Shown: positions 23,682-27,944 of the stretch, in pieces | How the letters are laid out: the number at the start of each line of letters is the position of its first letter | Numbering within the stretch: position 1 is the first letter of the stretch | Source: Patescibacteria group bacterium | Lineage (GTDB): Bacteria > Patescibacteriota > Minisyncoccia > UBA9983 | Direction of reading: 5' to 3' | Assembly (NCBI GenBank): GCA_018901555.1 | Contig: JAHIER010000057.1 | Location: forward strand, 1-27,944 | Length of the DNA: 27,944 bases | Translations under genes and position numbers: made by a program | The notes under the pieces: generated by a model | What the model was told of the DNA's origin: nothing | Database searches by the model: none | What the model saw: the letters and a program-made list of their open reading frames with translations, nothing else

Positions 23682-24764
23682 ATGGTAGATTATTACGACA
23701 TTTTGGGCGTGACTAAAAGCGCCTCTAAAGAAGAAATTAAAAAAGCTTACCGCAAGCTGGCTCATAAATATCATCCTGATAAAAATCAGGGTGATGATGA
23801 AAGATTCAAGGAAATCAATGAAGCTTATCAGATTTTGGCTGATGACAAAAAAAGAGGCGAGTATGATACCTATGGCCGGGTTTTTAGCGAAAATATGGCT
23901 GATGGAGGACAGCCGGGTATGGATTTCAATGACTTTAATTTTGGTGATTGGGATTTTTCTGGCCAAGGCGGATCCGCTTTTGGTGGAGACATCTCAGATA
24001 TTTTTGAAAACATTTTTGGCGGAGCCACTACTACCAAACGCAAAAAAAGAGGACGGGATATTTCTATTGATTTGGAAATTCCTTTTGAGGAATCAATTTT
24101 TGGCACAGAAAGACGCATTATACTTTCTAAAATAGCGGTTTGCGACAAATGCAAAGGCGAAGGAACAGAACCAGGTTCTGATTTTAAGAAATGTTCATCT
24201 TGCGAAGGAACTGGCCGAGTACATGAGACCAAAAAATCTTTTTTTGGCACTTTCACAACAGCTCGAGAATGCAGCAATTGTTTTGGTAAAGGGAAAATTC
24301 CTGATAAAAAATGTTCTGGTTGCAAAGGGCGTGGAGTTTTTCCCAAAAAAGAAGAAGTGATTATTAAAATACCAGCCGGGATTTATGATGGTGAAATGAT
24401 AAAATTAACTGGCATGGGCGAGGCTATTTCTAGCGGAATAGCCGGAGACCTTTATATTAAAGTCCATGTTAGTCAGCACCAGGTTTTCAAAAGAGAAGGA
24501 GGAAATCTTATTATGGATATGAATATTAAAATGTCTGACGCGCTTTTGGGCGCAGAAAAAGAAATTAAAACTTTGGATGGCAAGATAAAATTAAAAATAC
24601 CGGCTGGTATTGATTCTGGAGAAATTTTAAGAATTAAGGGCAAGGGCGTGCCTAGTCAGCAGGCGCGGGGAGATTTAATGATAAAAGTTTTTGTCCGCAC
24701 TCCTAAGCATGTTTCTTATAAAGCCAAAAAACTTATTGAAGAATTAAAACAAGAAGGAGTTTAA
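23682..24764 (+). CDS. dnaJ: Chaperone DnaJ
   Basis: J-domain with HPD, G/F region, four CxxCxGxG repeats, C-terminal substrate-binding domains. Confidence 0.99.
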   Translation: MVDYYDILGVTKSASKEEIKKAYRKLAHKYHPDKNQGDDERFKEINEAYQILADDKKRGEYDTYGRVFSENMADGGQPGMDFNDFNFGDWDFSGQGGSAFGGDISDIFENIFGGATTTKRKKRGRDISIDLEIPFEESIFGTERRIILSKIAVCDKCKGEGTEPGSDFKKCSSCEGTGRVHETKKSFFGTFTTARECSNCFGKGKIPDKKCSGCKGRGVFPKKEEVIIKIPAGIYDGEMIKLTGMGEAISSGIAGDLYIKVHVSQHQVFKREGGNLIMDMNIKMSDALLGAEKEIKTLDGKIKLKIPAGIDSGEILRIKGKGVPSQQARGDLMIKVFVRTPKHVSYKAKKLIEELKQEGV

Positions 24765-24780
24765 TATTATAATTAATTTT

Positions 24781-25278
24781 ATGAATATAGAAGCTGTTTC
24801 AAAAATTTTATCTAATCCATCATGGGATTTAATTGTTTTGTTTTTCTTTATTGCCGTAGGATTTTTTTACGGCTTGATGGCTGGTAAATCAAGAATGATT
24901 TCTTTTTTAGTTTCTTTATATATTTCAGGATTTCTTTTTGATAAATTTTATTATTTAGATCAATTAATAAAAACGGATAGTTTGACCAGCACTTTTATGG
25001 CGCGAATCGGAGTTTTTTTGGTTGTACTTTTTATTATTAATCTTTTGTTTTCAAAAGTTTTAAGATTGAGTTCTGATGGCAGCGAGAAAAAATGGTGGCA
25101 GGCGCTTTTATTAAGTTTTCTTTCGGCCGGGCTTTTGTTCAGTTATCTTTTCCATCTTTTTCCAGCCAAAGATTTATTTACTTTTTCGCCCATAGTTCAA
25201 AACATTTTTGCTTCGGACAGCGCCTTTTTCTGGTGGCTTACTCTGCCCTTAGTAGCTCTCTTTTTTGTGCGAAGATAA
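24781..25278 (+). CDS. Hypothetical integral membrane protein (about 4-5 TM; CvpA-like at best)
   Basis: Strongly hydrophobic ORF directly after dnaJ. Confidence 0.75.
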   Translation: MNIEAVSKILSNPSWDLIVLFFFIAVGFFYGLMAGKSRMISFLVSLYISGFLFDKFYYLDQLIKTDSLTSTFMARIGVFLVVLFIINLLFSKVLRLSSDGSEKKWWQALLLSFLSAGLLFSYLFHLFPAKDLFTFSPIVQNIFASDSAFFWWLTLPLVALFFVRR

Positions 25279-25338
25279 ACTTGAAATCATCATGGAGGTA
25301 TTTAAAAAAGATTGGTTGAAGATTTTTAAAAGAAATTC

Positions 25339-25367
25339 TTGACATTTTAGAGCAAATATCTTAATTT
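25339..25367 (+). promoter_or_regulatory. Sigma70-type promoter
   Basis: TTGACA 25339-25344, 17-nt spacer, TAATTT 25362-25367. Confidence 0.7.
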
Positions 25368-25406
25368 AAACTTAGATTAATCAATCAGAAAGGGGGTGAT
25401 AAAGGA

Positions 25407-25553
25407 ATGGGAAAAAAGAATTATCAAAAAACTAGTACTGGTAAAAAATTCTACGACAAAAAAGGATTCAATCGGTACAAAGAAGAAGGCAAGAAGGGAA
25501 CCTATGGCAGCAATTACCGCCTCGGAATCGGAACAAAAAAATTTAGTAAATAG
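25407..25553 (+). CDS. Putative 48-aa basic small protein (MGKKNYQKTSTGKKFYDKKGFNRYKEEGKKGTYGSNYRLGIGTKKFSK), not in ORF track
   Basis: Own promoter, SD AAGGGGGTGA (25390-25399) 7 nt before ATG, own terminator. Confidence 0.65.
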   Translation: MGKKNYQKTSTGKKFYDKKGFNRYKEEGKKGTYGSNYRLGIGTKKFSK

Positions 25554-25575
25554 AAGGGTGGTGGCTTCTAATCTA

Positions 25576-25602
25576 AAAAGGGCGAATTAAATTCGCCCTT
25601 TT
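25576..25602. terminator. Intrinsic (bidirectional-type) terminator
   Basis: AAAAGGGCGAAT-TAA-ATTCGCCCTTTT. Confidence 0.9.
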
Positions 25603-25674
25603 GTTTGCAAGCATTGGAATACTTGTTATAATTAAACAAAGGTCTTAATGATTAAAATATAATATATTAAAAAT

Positions 25675-26244
25675 ATGTCTAAAAATATAAAAATTATTAT
25701 AGTAATCTTGGCAATTATTATTATTGCCGGAATTTTATTTTATACAAATATTAATAGAAACGATAATGAGCAGGGACTTATTGGTGGTCAAGCTGATGAT
25801 CATGGTTGTCTTGGTCCGGCTGGCTATTCTTGGTGCCAGTCTCAAGATAAATGCTTGAGGATTTTTGAAGAATTTTGTCCTGACGCTGTAACAGATTTAA
25901 TCGACTCTCTTAATAAAGTCAGTGGAGTGACGTTAACTTCCAAAGGAGAATCAGAATTTGCTTGGGTTATTATGAAAAATAACAATATCAGTCAAGTCAA
26001 AATCCCAAGTGTTTTATATTCAGCTGACAATGTTAAAACATCTGATTATGAAAAAATTGAGCAATACATGAAAGATAATTTTGAAATGAATGATTATAAT
26101 ATTGCTGATGGACCTATGGGAGGATTACGAGGATATTATGGTAATTATATGGCTTGCATTGTGTTTTTCCAGAAAAAATCTTTAGGGGATGATAATTTAA
26201 ACGTAACTTTGCAGTGCGGTTATTTCAATAAAAACGAAAATTAA
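25675..26244 (+). CDS. Membrane-anchored/secreted protein with Cys-rich GG-D-HGC-GY-WC-C-E-C motif
   Basis: N-terminal signal/TM (IIIVILAIIIIAGILFY), LIGGQADDHGCLGPAGYSWCQSQDKCLRIFEEFC; upstream TG-n-TATAAT at 25627-25632. Confidence 0.85.
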   Translation: MSKNIKIIIVILAIIIIAGILFYTNINRNDNEQGLIGGQADDHGCLGPAGYSWCQSQDKCLRIFEEFCPDAVTDLIDSLNKVSGVTLTSKGESEFAWVIMKNNNISQVKIPSVLYSADNVKTSDYEKIEQYMKDNFEMNDYNIADGPMGGLRGYYGNYMACIVFFQKKSLGDDNLNVTLQCGYFNKNEN

Positions 26245-26253
26245 AAAAAATGG

Positions 26254-26326
26254 GCTCGGCAGGGGTTGGGGGAAGAAAGTGGTTTCCAAAAGTGGATGGA
26301 AACGCCTCCAATTGTCCCTGCCGAGC
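26254..26326. other. Long GC-rich imperfect hairpin (candidate structured RNA / terminator)
   Basis: GCTCGGCAGGG/CCCTGCCGAGC (11 bp perfect), TTGGGGG/CCTCCAA, GTTTCCA/TGGAAAC; A-tract at 26243-26250 (U-tract on - strand). Confidence 0.8.
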
Positions 26327-26330
26327 AAAG

Positions 26331-26402
26331 TCAGCAGCCGTCTGAACTGCCACAATTCATTGCTAATGTGCCAAAAATTAAAAGTCTATTCTTGCGTCTC
26401 AA
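26331..26402 (-). CDS. Putative 23-aa peptide MRRKNRLLIFGTLAMNCGSSDGC
   Basis: Perfect SD AAAGGAGGTGA (complement of 26408-26418) 5 nt before TTG; - strand promoter TTGACT-17-TATTGT; long hairpin directly downstream. Confidence 0.5.
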   Translation of the reverse strand: MRRKNRLLIFGTLAMNCGSSDGC

Positions 26403-26434
26403 AAAAATCACCTCCTTTCTCATATCTAAAAATT

Positions 26435-26480
26435 ACAATACCTTTTTTCTCTTGAAAAGTCAAGGGAAATTTGATAGAAT
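26435..26480. promoter_or_regulatory. Back-to-back overlapping divergent promoters
   Basis: + strand: TTGAAA 26452-26457, 17 nt, TG-n-TAGAAT 26475-26480 (rsmI). - strand: TTGACT (26463-26458), 17 nt, TATTGT (26440-26435). Confidence 0.6.
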
Positions 26481-26489
26481 TAATTCATT

Positions 26490-27170
26490 ATGGATAATGG
26501 AATTCTTTATATAGTAGCCACGCCAATCGGCAATTTAGAAGATATTACTTTGCGCGCCTTGAGAATTTTAAAAGAAGTTGATTTAATAGCTTGCGAAGAT
26601 ACGCGCGTAACTAGAAAATTACTTGATCGTTTTGAAATTAAAACTCCGACTGTTTCTTATTTTCAGCATTCTAAACCAACTAAAATAAATAAAATAGTTG
26701 GAGAATTGCAGTATGGGAAAAACATTGCGTTGGTGACCGATGCTGGCACGCCAGGCATCAGCGATCCCGGAAATCTTTTAATCAGCGAGTGCGTAAAAAA
26801 CAAAATTAAAATTGTTCCAATTCCCGGTCCAAGCGCTTTAACTGCATTAGCCAGCGTGGCAGGTATTGATATGCAGAAATTTATTTTTATGGCTTTTCCT
26901 CCGCACAAAAAAGGGAGAGAGAAATTTTTTAAAGAAGTTGTTGCTGATAAATATCCTGTTATTTATTATGAATCTCCGCACCGGATTATTAAAAATTTGG
27001 AATTGCTTTCCAGCTTGACTGATAAAAAAATAATTATTGGCAGAGAATTAACTAAAATGTTTGAAGAAATTTTCCGTGGCAATATTAAAGAAGCCTTGAT
27101 TTATTTTAAAAATAAAGATAAATTAAGAGGAGAATTTGTAATAATAATCTATCCCAATGGGAATCATTAA
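26490..27170 (+). CDS. rsmI: 16S rRNA (cytidine1402-2'-O)-methyltransferase
   Basis: LYIVATPIGNLEDITLRAL, IACEDTR, LVTDAGTPGISDPG, IPGPSA, YESPHR, RELTKMFEE, RGEFV. Confidence 0.98.
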   Translation: MDNGILYIVATPIGNLEDITLRALRILKEVDLIACEDTRVTRKLLDRFEIKTPTVSYFQHSKPTKINKIVGELQYGKNIALVTDAGTPGISDPGNLLISECVKNKIKIVPIPGPSALTALASVAGIDMQKFIFMAFPPHKKGREKFFKEVVADKYPVIYYESPHRIIKNLELLSSLTDKKIIIGRELTKMFEEIFRGNIKEALIYFKNKDKLRGEFVIIIYPNGNH

Positions 27171-27178
27171 AAAAGGAG

Positions 27179-27868
27179 ATGATTGTGAAAATTGCAAAAA
27201 TTGTACAAGCTTTAACTTATTGGCCTATTTACGGTTCGCTCCGTATTTTTGCCAGATATACAGTTGAAGGACAAGAAAATATTAAAGGGCTCGAAAATAA
27301 AGGAGTTATTTTTGCTTCTAACCACACATCTTATGCAGATGGTCCGATTTGCGCAGCTTCTATGCCTAGAGCTAGTTGGTATCCGCACGAGTTTTTTCCA
27401 ATCAGATTTATGGCTTGGAAAAAATTTTTTAAATGGATTCAGGGCATGCCTTTTATTCCGCCATTAAGTTTTTTTGTAGCTGCTTATGTGCGTTACAATG
27501 GCTCAGTGCCAGTGGAAAAGGCTGGCGGAAACCTTCTAAGGGCTCTACGACACGCTATAGAGGCCTTAAGGGCAGGAGATAAGCTTTGGATATATCCGGA
27601 AGGAGGAATCACCAAGGACGGCAAATTACAGTTAGGCAAAAGAGGAATAGCTTTTTTGCATCAGCAGACTAAGACTCCTATTGTGCCAGTGGCTCTTATT
27701 GGAACTCGCAAAGCTTTTTTATTCCCGAAAATTTTCAGCACTTTATCAGGCAGAAATAAAATTAGAGTTCGGATCGGCAAGCCAATTTATGATATCAGCA
27801 ATGTTTCTTTAGAGGATGGGACTGCAATTATTATGAAAGAAATAGGCAATCTCTTAGAAATAAGATAA
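27179..27868 (+). CDS. Lysophospholipid acyltransferase (PlsC-like)
   Basis: FASNHTSYAD (HX4D), WIYPEGG, GKRGIAFL, TPIVPV; GTG 27185 is an alternative start better spaced from AAGGAG. Confidence 0.9.
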   Translation: MIVKIAKIVQALTYWPIYGSLRIFARYTVEGQENIKGLENKGVIFASNHTSYADGPICAASMPRASWYPHEFFPIRFMAWKKFFKWIQGMPFIPPLSFFVAAYVRYNGSVPVEKAGGNLLRALRHAIEALRAGDKLWIYPEGGITKDGKLQLGKRGIAFLHQQTKTPIVPVALIGTRKAFLFPKIFSTLSGRNKIRVRIGKPIYDISNVSLEDGTAIIMKEIGNLLEIR

Positions 27869-27898
27869 AGCCCGGCCTAGATTCAGCCGGGTTTTTTT
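27869..27898 (+). terminator. Intrinsic terminator
   Basis: AGCCCGGC-CTAGATTCA-GCCGGGTT followed by a T-run. Confidence 0.85.
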
Positions 27899-27910
27899 AT
27901 TATCAATAAA

Positions 27911-27944
27911 TGTCAACGTGGCACGTTGACGTGGCAGGTTGACA
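27911..27944. repeat. Palindromic / 13-bp tandem motif at window edge
   Basis: GTCAACGTG-G-CACGTTGAC perfect inverted repeat (27912-27930); tandem ACGTGGCACGTTG / ACGTGGCAGGTTG; ends in TTGACA. Confidence 0.75.

Noticed and set aside
25396-25590. Track ORF labelled - strand, 64 aa
   Set aside because: The listed translation (MIKEWEKR...) actually reads on the + strand from GTG 25396, so the strand label looks wrong. That GTG lies inside the SD; the 25407-25553 frame has proper SD spacing and is preferred.
26251-26270. tRNA 3'-end remnant (CCTGCCGAGCCCA on - strand) as an att site
   Set aside because: No T-loop consensus or remaining cloverleaf; the sequence is explained by the long hairpin arm.
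26254-26370. Known riboswitch, SRP RNA, RNase P RNA, 6S RNA or tmRNA
   Set aside because: I could not find their diagnostic conserved motifs by eye; an Infernal/Rfam search would be needed to exclude them formally.
26266-26514. 82-aa + strand ORF
   Set aside because: Runs through the hairpin, the antisense SD/ORF and two promoters; no SD; overlaps the rsmI start.

Overview
This is an AT-rich bacterial chromosomal window (roughly 30% GC by eye) of mostly + strand housekeeping genes, read with the standard code 11 (TGA ends mnmA and the next gene). Gene style and content suggest Patescibacteria/CPR (Parcubacteria-like); this assignment is an inference. Gene order: 5'-truncated diadenylate cyclase fused to a YbbR/CdaR-like domain, leuS, a sigma4/HTH protein, an unknown membrane protein, mltG, DUF378, an S26 signal peptidase (- strand), a zincin, a cyclophilin, mnmA, a ThiI-like PP-loop protein, a short alaS, an FtsA-like ATPase-fold protein, an FMN-binding glutamate synthase-family protein, a baseplate-J-like membrane protein, a PaaX/Cas2-like gene, infA-rpmJ-rpsM-rpsK-rpsD-rpoA-rplQ-rplM-rpsI, an orphan ORF, grpE-dnaK-dnaJ, two membrane/secreted proteins, rsmI and a plsC-like gene. 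The most unusual signals are not genes. (1) Short 16-23 nt DNA palindromes recur, some in identical copies, sitting in frame in variable loops of leuS, mnmA, alaS and grpE; the ACTTGG-N11-CCAAGT frame also occurs intergenically. (2) A wHTH+Cas2-like gene is bracketed by exact 22-bp palindrome-containing direct repeats. (3) A 97-nt non-canonical tRNA-like cloverleaf carries the full GlyRS identity set and an ACC anticodon, inside an islet bounded by a duplicated terminator/hairpin/promoter block whose hairpin loops are inverted between copies. (4) Several small ORFs with strong SD sequences are absent from the ORF track. There is no CRISPR array, transposase or integrase in the window.
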